Assembly: GCA_020849535.1 (NCBI GenBank)
Contig: JADLGB010000032.1
Span: forward strand, 64,613-128,612
Origin: Candidatus Hydrogenedentota bacterium
Lineage (GTDB): Bacteria; Hydrogenedentota; Hydrogenedentia; Hydrogenedentales; SLHB01
Reading direction: 5' to 3'
Length of the DNA: 64,000 bases
Within the stretch, counting starts at the first letter, position 1, and the number at the start of each line of letters is the position of its first letter. Positions 38,163-46,759 of this stretch are shown here, piece by piece. A program made the position numbers and the translations under genes. Under the pieces are notes generated by a model that was not told where the DNA came from, searched no databases, and worked only from the letters and a program-made list of their open reading frames with translations.

Positions 38163-38333
38163 GTAGGGCGGGATTTGTTCCCGCCTTCTTGCCTTCCGAC
38201 TTGTGAACAAGAGGAAAGTCGAACCTGAACATGTGTGACGTCCTACCGGGAGCGCCGGCATCCCTGCCGGCTCTTGGACGAACCGGCAGTGATTGCCCCC
38301 TCGCCAAGAGGGCGGGAACAAATCCCGCCATAC
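38163..38333. repeat. MITE/REP-like family 1 element, copy B (171 bp)
   Basis: Left arm gtagggcgggatttgttcccgccttcttg. Central gggagcgccggcatccctgccggctcttgg (hairpin 38254..38271). Right arm aagagggcgggaacaaatcccgccatac. Same architecture and size as copy A at 18742..18917. Confidence 0.6.
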
Positions 38334-38445
38334 TCAATGCGCACGTCCTCACTCGGCTGCCCTGAGCGGGTATTGGCCTTGAATTACTCGAGTCCCGCGC
38401 TGTGGTATTCTAGAAGCGTTCCGGAGGGGGGGCCGGACGGAAAGG

Positions 38446-39513
38446 ATGGGGGAGATGCACGCACTATCCAACGGCCATGGCTGTATGCTTGGACGCCGGG
38501 GATTCCTGAAACTGACCGCGGGCGGACTCCTGGGAGCCGCCTATGGGCTGCGCGTACGGGCCGCCGAAGTTCCTGTTGCATCAGAGCTGGCGCGAAGTCC
38601 AGTGGCCATTTGTCAGAGCGATTCCCGCGCCGGGAATGTTTTGGAAGCCCTGAAGCGTATCGAGCCACAGATCCGCGAGATCCTCGCGACGAAGAAGCGC
38701 GTTATCATCAAGCCGAACCTCGTCAGCACAGAGCAGCAACTCAGCGCGACCCATGCGGAGTGCCTGGAAGGTATCCTGGAGTTCTTCACTCCGTTGACCC
38801 AGGAAGAGATTGTCGTTGCGGAAACCTCAGCCAATGGGCCTACCATCGACGGCTACAACAATTATGGCTATCCCGCCCTGGAGAAGAAGTACCGTGTGAA
38901 GTTCCTAGACATTGACGACTTGCCCTGGGATACGGTTCATCTCGTAAATGAAAGACACCACGCGGTGCCCGTTCGGTACTCCGCATACATGCGTGACCCG
39001 GAGGCGTTCGTCATCAGCACTGCGCCGATGAAGACGCACGATCGCGCGGTGGTCACGCTCGGGATCAAAAACCTGACAGTAGGAGGTATCCTCAAAGACA
39101 AGGGGGCCGGTTGGGGCTCGGGCCGCAAGGGCATCAGTGACAAACCCCTGGTGCATGGCGGTCCCGAGAATCAAGGCATCCATTACAACCTGTTCCAACT
39201 AACTCAACAGTTGCGGCCACACCTCACCGTGCTCGATGGTTTCCAGGGAATGGAAGGCAACGGGCCTGTCGGCGGTACCCCCGTGGACCACCGCATCGCG
39301 GTTGCCAGCACCGACTGGGTCGCCGCGGACAGCGTGGGCGCGCAACTCATGGGGTTTGACGCACACAAGGTCGGATACCTGGTCTTCTGCGCCCAGGCAG
39401 GGATGGGACAGATTGACCTTGATAAAATGGAAATCTTGGGGCCAGCGGTGTCTGAGGCTGCTCGGACCTACAAACCCCACGACGCCATCGAACAGCAGTA
39501 CAAGTGGATGTGA
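38446..39513 (+). CDS. Tat-signal DUF362-domain protein
   Basis: MLGRRGFLKLTAGGLLGAAYG leader; the true start may be the internal ATG at 38485. DUF362-like VIIKPNLV...THAECLEGILEF...MKTHDRAVVTLGIKNL...TVLDGFQGMEGNGPVGGTP. Confidence 0.75.
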   Translation: MGEMHALSNGHGCMLGRRGFLKLTAGGLLGAAYGLRVRAAEVPVASELARSPVAICQSDSRAGNVLEALKRIEPQIREILATKKRVIIKPNLVSTEQQLSATHAECLEGILEFFTPLTQEEIVVAETSANGPTIDGYNNYGYPALEKKYRVKFLDIDDLPWDTVHLVNERHHAVPVRYSAYMRDPEAFVISTAPMKTHDRAVVTLGIKNLTVGGILKDKGAGWGSGRKGISDKPLVHGGPENQGIHYNLFQLTQQLRPHLTVLDGFQGMEGNGPVGGTPVDHRIAVASTDWVAADSVGAQLMGFDAHKVGYLVFCAQAGMGQIDLDKMEILGPAVSEAARTYKPHDAIEQQYKWM

Positions 39514-39533
39514 GCGTTATTGCCCGGATCCAA

Positions 39534-40238
39534 TCAGTTTGAACTGCGGCGTCTGCTCCTGGCTGCCCAGCACACAAGCCCGCCCACGCCCAGAAGCAAT
39601 GCGGAGGCCGGTTCGGGAATAGGCGTTTCCTCATTGTAGATGTGGATATTGTCGATCCACATCGTGCTGTCGCCACCGATGCGATTCAGGCCATTCAGAT
39701 CGAACGCGGGGATGATCCAGCTATACGCGGTCGTGAAAGAGACCGTGTAGTGCCGCCAGTCGCCGCCAATGGAACTGGCGGTCACCGTGCCGCCGAAGAA
39801 GCTCTCTGAATCCGCAGTCAAACCCTGCAAGGAAAGCATATCGTCGGGTATATCGCCCAAGACGAAGGTGCCGCCCGAATTCGAAAACGCGAGCCACGCG
39901 AAGTGTTCGTCCAACGTGGATTCATACAATTGGTTGTCCGAGAGTTCGCTCAGAAAATCGTATTCGAGGGTGAATGTGCCTGGTCCCAGATTCAGGGCTT
40001 GATAGAAGGCACTGTAGGTGTTGGGGTCATTCCCCGGAGTGCCTGCGGGTCCATCGTACAGCGACGCGCTGAAACCATCCGGCGGCGTAGCCGTGGCCGC
40101 GATGACATCGCCTACGATTGTCCAGCCGGTCATGCCATCGGAGAAATCCTCCGTGAACGATACAGCCCACACCGGGCAGGCTGCGATCACCAGCGCGCCC
40201 GCGGCCATCATGCTTCGCCGTGAAATTCCGTATGCCAT
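39534..40238 (-). CDS. PEP-CTERM sorting-domain protein
   Basis: Signal-like N-terminus. C-terminal TPIPEPASALLLGVGGLVCWAARSRRRSSN is a PEP motif + TM helix + Arg cluster, i.e. a classic exosortase signal. Confidence 0.8.
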   Translation of the reverse strand: MAYGISRRSMMAAGALVIAACPVWAVSFTEDFSDGMTGWTIVGDVIAATATPPDGFSASLYDGPAGTPGNDPNTYSAFYQALNLGPGTFTLEYDFLSELSDNQLYESTLDEHFAWLAFSNSGGTFVLGDIPDDMLSLQGLTADSESFFGGTVTASSIGGDWRHYTVSFTTAYSWIIPAFDLNGLNRIGGDSTMWIDNIHIYNEETPIPEPASALLLGVGGLVCWAARSRRRSSN

Positions 40239-40412
40239 AGTCCCGCACCTTTCGCGACGTATTCAACATAGAACTACGGTTGAATGACTTTGTGTAGCGT
40301 GTGTAGTTACAGAACGGCCAACCCTCAGCACCTCAACCGCTCTGTGGGAGAGAGTGTAGCATGTCTCGACCAAAAGCGCCACCATTGATTTCATGGCCTA
40401 TGAGACGGCGGC

Positions 40413-41546
40413 CTACCAAATCGTACGAAAGGACTCAAAGAGTTCTGCGAGCGCCTCAGGCGATAGCGGCGTGCTCAGGGCAATGGCGAGTCCCTTGGGA
40501 CTCAGCACGTTACAGAGTTCAAGCACCTCATTCGCGGGGCAGAAGATGTAGAGTGAGCGTCCCTTTTCCTGGATCTTCTTCAGCATGGGCGCCCAGGCAA
40601 GCGCCGAAGGCGTACCTTCGCCGGGGGTGAATTGGATCGCCTGTATGGAAGAAACCTCCAAGAGCGCGTCGATGTGGCGCGCGGCGCCCGGCCCATCGAG
40701 ATGAAACACCGCGCGATCCACCGTCGCGGCCTGCCGCGCAATATCCGGAAGACATACCGAGTTGAATTGCTCAGGACCGATCATGAAGTTAAAGTCGCAC
40801 GCGGGGATGTGGTACGGCCGGTTCGACCAGATCCACAGCCAATGGATCAGACCCGCGCCGTGAGGGAGGCAATCACGGTACAAGCACGTGAACGCGTCCC
40901 ACCAAGCGGGGTATATCGCGTCAGCGGTCATGCGCACCAAATCCGGGTTTACCATGACGTCCATGCAAAGCTGTTGAGAGCCCCGCAGATTCAACAACAC
41001 ATCCGCCGACGCGCCAAGGTCCGGCGAACAGACGAGGTAGCGCCCCGCGGCATCGCGCGCCACCATGTTCGTGAGTTCACGCAGCAGCCGCCACCAGGGA
41101 TTGGAACCTTCAAGCCGCCAGTCCGGGGCGTTGGACCAATTGTCGTCGATGAATGCCTTCGTCCAACCCGTGTCGGCGCCGAATTCGAGATGGCCCCCGA
41201 GCATGCCGCCCAACAAGACCGGTCCGAAATCGGTGCGGATATGCGGCAGCGCATCCCCCGCATAGTACGTTTGCCGCAGGTCGGCGAGCTTCGCATCAAA
41301 CCATGCGGACGGGTTCGTCAGCAGGTCGAGCCGTCTCGTGATCGGTCGGGCCGGGTTCGTGTTGGCCGTTCCGAGAAAGATCGGCCTATCGTCGACATCG
41401 TGGTTCCACCATGCCTCGAAACGTCCCGCAATCGCGGGGAAGTCCTCACAAAACTCGAGCGGATTCTTCGCGACGGCCTCGAGCTGTCGAGTCCATTCGT
41501 CCAGTTCCGGAATCGGTGCGACTGGGAGATGTTGGATCTGCGGCAT
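40413..41546 (-). CDS. cytoplasmic hypothetical protein (possibly uroporphyrinogen-decarboxylase-like TIM barrel; weak call)
   Basis: ATG 41546 preceded by GGGGGA. Coding-like composition and no signal peptide. C-terminal FHLDGPGAARHIDALLEVSSIQAIQFTPGEG resembles the URO-D/MtaA-like family layout, but I cannot verify it. Confidence 0.55.
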   Translation of the reverse strand: MPQIQHLPVAPIPELDEWTRQLEAVAKNPLEFCEDFPAIAGRFEAWWNHDVDDRPIFLGTANTNPARPITRRLDLLTNPSAWFDAKLADLRQTYYAGDALPHIRTDFGPVLLGGMLGGHLEFGADTGWTKAFIDDNWSNAPDWRLEGSNPWWRLLRELTNMVARDAAGRYLVCSPDLGASADVLLNLRGSQQLCMDVMVNPDLVRMTADAIYPAWWDAFTCLYRDCLPHGAGLIHWLWIWSNRPYHIPACDFNFMIGPEQFNSVCLPDIARQAATVDRAVFHLDGPGAARHIDALLEVSSIQAIQFTPGEGTPSALAWAPMLKKIQEKGRSLYIFCPANEVLELCNVLSPKGLAIALSTPLSPEALAELFESFRTIW

Positions 41547-41740
41547 AGCGTGGCTCCCCCTGAACGTCCATTGGCCCCGGTGCGGGCCTGGCAAATGATC
41601 GGCCCTTCGTACCTTTCCTGCCGCTGAGCGCGGCCAAACCAGGCACACTATACCCGATCCGCATCGCAGCGTGGAAAACGGCAGCGGGGGAGAGCCCAAC
41701 AACGGCCCGGACGTCCGCCAGAATGCAATGGACTGGCCTC

Positions 41741-42979
41741 TCAGAAGGTGGGCAGCTCCGGATTGTCTCCGGCGATGCAGGCCCGGCCCTCAATTTCCAC
41801 CAGCCAGCCAGGACGGCACACCGGGGCGTGGAGTACCGCGAGCGGCAAGGTGCCGCACTGCGCGCTCAGTCTGCGCGCGACCATTGCGAGGTCGGCCGGG
41901 TCACGTACATAGGCGATGAGAATGCCCAGGTCGGCAAGTGCGGCGCCCGCCTGTTCGAGCAAGGCCCGCACATTCTCCACCGCACGCTCCAACTGCCGCT
42001 CGGCATCGCCTGGATGGAGAACCCGGCCTTCGGGATCGATGCTTGCCGTGCCTGAGATGAAGATGTGCTTGCGGTCCCTATAGGCTACGGATGTGGCCCT
42101 CTCGAACGTCACTCCGTATAGGTGGGTTGGCCCAAGATGACCGGGAGCCCTCAGATACTCGATCTGTTCCTGCCGTACCCCGCGAATGGCGTAGGCATCC
42201 ATGGCGATCAGGGCTCGGCTGTCCGCCATCGCTCCTTCGATTCCTGTGCTCGCCACGAAATGCGTATCCGGCGTAAGCCCGTGCAACGCGAAGAATTCCC
42301 TGCGCGCCGCGACCAATCCCTGATAATTGACGTCCACGTTCTTCACGAAGAACCACGTGCGGATTAGATTGCGATCCAGTGACATCCCCTGGGTGCGGAG
42401 GAATTGCTCGTACTCGCTGAGGATCCCCGTCGTCTGGTCAAAGGGCGTATCCGTTTCCACACAACTTGCGCCAGTGCTCCAATAGTGCGAAAGCGCGCCC
42501 CGATCCAGTCTCAACGAAGTGGCATTGAGAATCCGTGCCAATGGCCCTCTGGAGTCACGCAGGTGATGTGCCCACAGCACCACTCTCGCCGGAGTCTCCG
42601 GCGCCTGGCATATCCAAGACTCCGCGCACGGTTCGCGCAGTGTACGTGACACCGACAGCGGCCAGCCATGCCGGGCGGGCGTCTGATTCTTCAAGTCGCT
42701 GCAGAAGTAGCGTCTGAAAAGCGCTGTCTGCGCATCGAGTTCCAATGCTTCAAGGGCATCATGGTAGGCGCGCGAGATCCACTCGACTTGCATCGCGAAG
42801 CTCGCGTATTCCATGGGCCGGAACGTCAAATCGAATTCATCGACGCCCAGACTGCCCGCAAAATGCGCCACATTCACCACCACCGGGACGCTGGCGTGTT
42901 CGTGACTCGTGACGCACATCGCCGGTACGTGAATGTCTGCGTCTTTCTGGCCCGCTCGGTTTTGTGTGAGGATAGGCAT
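41741..42979 (-). CDS. RidA/YjgF-fold protein with long N-terminal extension, FkbO/Hyg5 chorismatase-like architecture (tentative)
   Basis: C-terminal HIFISGTASIDPEGRVLHPGDAERQLERAVENVRALLEQAGAALADLGILIAYVRD...LVEIEG matches the RidA pattern. A ~260-aa N-terminal extension and IRTWFFVKNVDVNYQGLVAARREFF resemble the FkbO family. Its start is 2 nt downstream of the preceding gene's stop. Confidence 0.6.
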   Translation of the reverse strand: MPILTQNRAGQKDADIHVPAMCVTSHEHASVPVVVNVAHFAGSLGVDEFDLTFRPMEYASFAMQVEWISRAYHDALEALELDAQTALFRRYFCSDLKNQTPARHGWPLSVSRTLREPCAESWICQAPETPARVVLWAHHLRDSRGPLARILNATSLRLDRGALSHYWSTGASCVETDTPFDQTTGILSEYEQFLRTQGMSLDRNLIRTWFFVKNVDVNYQGLVAARREFFALHGLTPDTHFVASTGIEGAMADSRALIAMDAYAIRGVRQEQIEYLRAPGHLGPTHLYGVTFERATSVAYRDRKHIFISGTASIDPEGRVLHPGDAERQLERAVENVRALLEQAGAALADLGILIAYVRDPADLAMVARRLSAQCGTLPLAVLHAPVCRPGWLVEIEGRACIAGDNPELPTF

Positions 42980-42981
42980 CG

Positions 42982-45369
42982 CTACTGTTTCACAATCTCA
43001 ATGGGGATGGCCGGCAAGTAACCCAACGAAGGTCTCCGCTTCGCGGAGGGTCCCTTGCCCTCTTTCGCGTCGGCTGGCGGTTCACCGAATGCCTCAACGA
43101 TGAGGTTGTCGACGAGCCCAGCTTTCGCCGCCGCGGCGTCCGCCCTTATGTGGAATGCCAGTCCGCCTTGCACCGGAGTTACACCGTCCAGTGACAATCC
43201 CGCCGGCGGATCGCGCAGTTCGAGCTGCACGCTTGCGAGAAGCGGGCTCTTGGGAACCGACACCTGGACCTCCGCCGAGCCCCCAAGCGCAATGCGGACA
43301 GTCTCTCCGGACGCAAGCCGGACTGGCGGCACCCGGAACTTGCTCTTTTCCACGGTGGCCAGAAGCTGTTGTGAGGGGGCTAAATGCCGGTAGAGGAACG
43401 CCTGCATCAAATCTTCCGCGGGCAGCACGGGGCGCACCACCGTTTGCCCGCCGATAGAGGCCACCCCTTCCAGGTGTAGTTCCCAAGGCTGACTGACCGC
43501 ATCGCGCGGTCCCGTCAGCGTCATACGAATCTGGTCACAACCGGATGGTATTCGCCCTCCGTCCAGCGTGAGACCAGCCAGCGTATCCTTCACGCGCACA
43601 TCGATTGCGCCATCAAAGCCGTCCTTGCGCAGCGCATAAATGCAGATGGGCGTGGCGCGGCCCGAACGCAGGTTGATACTGGACGGAGTGATACGCAGCG
43701 CGAAGTCCGGCAGGGGAGGGCCGACGCGAAGCCGATAGGCGAAGTCCTTCCCGCCATGGCCCTGTGAATCGGCAAGCTGCAGCCGGTACGTGCCATCTCC
43801 AGGCAAGGTTGCCCGAAGATATGAATCGGCGTGGTGCGTGAGCATGCCCGATCCCTTGTCTTCGTGGTCGTCATTCCACTCGACTACGTTGCCTGATGCA
43901 TCGGTCAGCCGCAGCAGCGAGTCCAAAGATGAATTCAGCCTGCGCGCCACGACCTCGGCGACAAGCTCCGCGCCGGCTTTGCCCTCGAACTGAAACACGT
44001 CCACGTCGCCCGGCCGGACGATGCGGCCGTTGACGATACACGGGAGCGTAATAGGTTGGGCACTCCGCGCTTCGCTGTTGGGTTCGTTTTCGGCGCATTC
44101 GGGCAACGAACCAACGGCATAGAGGATCGTGTTCGAGCAGGCGACATCGGTCGTGAGTGCGGTTTCCCGGATCCCCGCCCCCTCCGGCCGGGTATCCAGA
44201 GCAATCCGCGGCACGGGCAAATTCCATCCGTCGATGGAGGCCGCGGTTTCAATGTTACCTGGACCGCCCAAGGGGAAGATGTGGGTTACAAAGGGCTGTT
44301 CCCCAATGGCGATCCGGTACACGAAATCCTCACGGCCTCGGTAGACCGCATCATGGATTTCCAGTGTGTATTCGCCCGTCTTGGGAACTTCGAACTGCAG
44401 TACCGGGTCCGGATCGAACTGATAGTCGTCCGCAGTGGCGATCTCTCTGCCAGCGGAATCGTAGAGCGTGATGGTCGATTGAAACCACCCCGGCACGGCG
44501 TCAGCCAGGTACGGGATCAGATGACGCGCCTGCACCTGAATGATGAGCTGCTGCCCTTGTTGCGCGCGGAACCGGAACCGATCCACATCTCCAGGTTTGA
44601 CCTGTCCGTTTAACACGACTGGCAACTCGATCGGGGCTTCTGGCAGTGGCAGAGCCTTGGCATGTGGGTCATTCGGTTCCTCTTCGCACAACTCGGCAAA
44701 TGTCCCCACCTGAAAGCACAGCGGGTTGGAGAGACCTGCCGGTGTCTTGATCCGGAGTTCTCGATCGCCTGGCACGGCGCCGGCGTCAATCGTAACTTCG
44801 ATCACCACCGACTCCGCAATCTGCATGTTCATCTGCTTTTTTCTATAGTTGGCGATTTCATTGGTCAGATTCTGCAGTTCCCTCAAACTCATATTCTCGA
44901 TATCGCGCAGCATCGGATGGTTCGGCAGTTGCACCGTTTCTGCTACTTCCATAGCGGCGGGTGCCGTCTCGACGTGGGCGGGGGGAACTCCAACTCCCGC
45001 CGACTTAGGTTCGGCCAAGCGCGCATCTCGCGCTACCTTCATGCGGCGCGTGAGTTCGTCGCGCTGTTCCTTGTCCAGAGGGCGCAAGGGCGGAACGAAT
45101 TCAACCACGGAAGCACGCACGCCTTCTCCCGACACGTAGACCGCATCACAGCCGCGCAAAGATTGTCCCCCTGCCCAAATCTGAAATACGGTACCTTTGC
45201 AACCGCCTGCGGGATATACATAACCGATATGAGGCCCCTTCGGTCCGGGCTGTCCCCATGCCGCAACAGATGACATGAGCATCAGTGCGAGCGCGAAGCC
45301 TGCGCAGGAACCCATGGCGCGTGCCCTCACGAAAGAACTCGGGTGTTGACTGTTCGCAATGGGCGTCAT
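42982..45369 (-). CDS. secreted protein with two pre-peptidase C-terminal (PPC) domains, third member of the DUF1549/DUF1501 cluster
   Basis: Signal MGSCAGFALALMLMSSVAAWG. PPC-like LNGQVKPGDVDRFRFRAQQGQQLIIQV...LYDSAGREIATADD and VNGRIVRPGDVDVFQFEGKAGAELVAEV...LTDASGNVVEWNDD. The ATG abuts the DUF1501 stop with a 0-nt gap. Confidence 0.75.
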   Translation of the reverse strand: MTPIANSQHPSSFVRARAMGSCAGFALALMLMSSVAAWGQPGPKGPHIGYVYPAGGCKGTVFQIWAGGQSLRGCDAVYVSGEGVRASVVEFVPPLRPLDKEQRDELTRRMKVARDARLAEPKSAGVGVPPAHVETAPAAMEVAETVQLPNHPMLRDIENMSLRELQNLTNEIANYRKKQMNMQIAESVVIEVTIDAGAVPGDRELRIKTPAGLSNPLCFQVGTFAELCEEEPNDPHAKALPLPEAPIELPVVLNGQVKPGDVDRFRFRAQQGQQLIIQVQARHLIPYLADAVPGWFQSTITLYDSAGREIATADDYQFDPDPVLQFEVPKTGEYTLEIHDAVYRGREDFVYRIAIGEQPFVTHIFPLGGPGNIETAASIDGWNLPVPRIALDTRPEGAGIRETALTTDVACSNTILYAVGSLPECAENEPNSEARSAQPITLPCIVNGRIVRPGDVDVFQFEGKAGAELVAEVVARRLNSSLDSLLRLTDASGNVVEWNDDHEDKGSGMLTHHADSYLRATLPGDGTYRLQLADSQGHGGKDFAYRLRVGPPLPDFALRITPSSINLRSGRATPICIYALRKDGFDGAIDVRVKDTLAGLTLDGGRIPSGCDQIRMTLTGPRDAVSQPWELHLEGVASIGGQTVVRPVLPAEDLMQAFLYRHLAPSQQLLATVEKSKFRVPPVRLASGETVRIALGGSAEVQVSVPKSPLLASVQLELRDPPAGLSLDGVTPVQGGLAFHIRADAAAAKAGLVDNLIVEAFGEPPADAKEGKGPSAKRRPSLGYLPAIPIEIVKQ

Positions 45370-46743
45370 TCACATGATCTCCGTGAGAAGGCCCGCGCCT
45401 TTTTTCACGCTCTGTTCGCTTGGCAACACGCAGACATCAAGTCCCGCGGCGTTTGGTAGCTTCCCTTCCGGGTCGATACCCAGCAAGGTGTACATACTGC
45501 CGATGAGGTCGCGCGGGTGGACCGGGCGCTCCGCGACTTCGGAGCCTGTGGCGTCGGATGCGCCAACAACATGGCCCCCTTTGAAACCGCCGCCCGCCAC
45601 CACCGAAGTGAAGCATGTGCCGTAGTGGCCCCGCCCGCCGTTCCATGGAGCTTCCCATTGCACCTTCGGGGTGCGCCCGAACTCGCCTCCCCACCAGACG
45701 ATCGTGCTTTCCAACAGTCCGCGATCGGAGAGGTCCTGCAAAAGTGTTGCCATGGCGCGGTCCATTTCCGGGAGTTTTCGTTTCATGATCTCGAAGTGCT
45801 GCTTGTGGGTATCCCACCCCTTGTAGTTGATCGTGACGAAGGGCACCCCTTGCTCCACCAGGCGCCGCGCCACAAGACAACATTGGCCAAACGTGTTCTT
45901 GCCATACTGCTCACGCACGGCATCCGTCTCCTGCGAGAGGTCGAACAGCTTGCGCGCGTCGCCGAACATCATGCCGTAAGCGTTCTCTTCCGTCTTATCC
46001 ATTTCCTGGAAGCGCACATTCGACGGCATGGCTTTGCCAAGTGTGTCCAGTGTGTGAAGCAGATCGCGCCGGCTTCGCTGGCGTTCATCGGAAATCCCTT
46101 GTGCGATGATCCCTTCCACCGTAAACCGGGCTTGATTGGGATCGCCCCCCGTGACAAATGGCTTGTATCGCTGACCGAGGAGACCCGCTTCCGAGAAGCG
46201 GCCCTGCGCCTCAGTCAACACGACGTATGGCGGAACCAGCCCCTTGTACCCATGGTCGTACCCATTGAACAAGGACACAACCGCGCCCGCCGACGGATAG
46301 ACGAGCCTGTCGGGTTCCCGGCCGGTCTGCGTGATGTACGATGCTGTCTCGTGCGCGTTGACCCCATGCGTCATGCTGCGGATGATCGAGTACTTGTCGG
46401 CCTGCTGCGCGAGCATGGGAAGCAGCTCCCCAATACGTATTCCCTCCACGTTCGTGGCGATGGGTTTGTTCAGCGGACCGCAATAGTCTGACCCGGCGTC
46501 CGGTTTCGGATCGAAGGTGTCCAGATGCGAGGGTCCGCCCCACATCCAAATTTGAATAACCGACTTCGCCTTCGCCGGTTGTCCCGATGCGGCGTGTGCC
46601 AGCGCGCCGCTGCGCGCCGCAAGCGCCAGCCCGGCCATCCCCAAGAATCCCTGCTTCAGCGCATCGCGCCGCGTGATCGCTTGCCGCACTCGGTTTGCTG
46701 TCTTGAATGTCACGTTCATCTCGCTGTCCTTCGATGCTCGCAT
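45370..46743 (-). CDS. Tat-signal DUF1501-domain protein (sulfatase-fold)
   Basis: TRRDALKQGFLGMAGLALAA leader. WMWGGPSHLDTFDPKP, GWDTH and WWGGEFGRTP are hallmark DUF1501 motifs. Confidence 0.9.
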   Translation of the reverse strand: MRASKDSEMNVTFKTANRVRQAITRRDALKQGFLGMAGLALAARSGALAHAASGQPAKAKSVIQIWMWGGPSHLDTFDPKPDAGSDYCGPLNKPIATNVEGIRIGELLPMLAQQADKYSIIRSMTHGVNAHETASYITQTGREPDRLVYPSAGAVVSLFNGYDHGYKGLVPPYVVLTEAQGRFSEAGLLGQRYKPFVTGGDPNQARFTVEGIIAQGISDERQRSRRDLLHTLDTLGKAMPSNVRFQEMDKTEENAYGMMFGDARKLFDLSQETDAVREQYGKNTFGQCCLVARRLVEQGVPFVTINYKGWDTHKQHFEIMKRKLPEMDRAMATLLQDLSDRGLLESTIVWWGGEFGRTPKVQWEAPWNGGRGHYGTCFTSVVAGGGFKGGHVVGASDATGSEVAERPVHPRDLIGSMYTLLGIDPEGKLPNAAGLDVCVLPSEQSVKKGAGLLTEIM

Positions 46744-46759
46744 GGACTGCTCAGTGATT

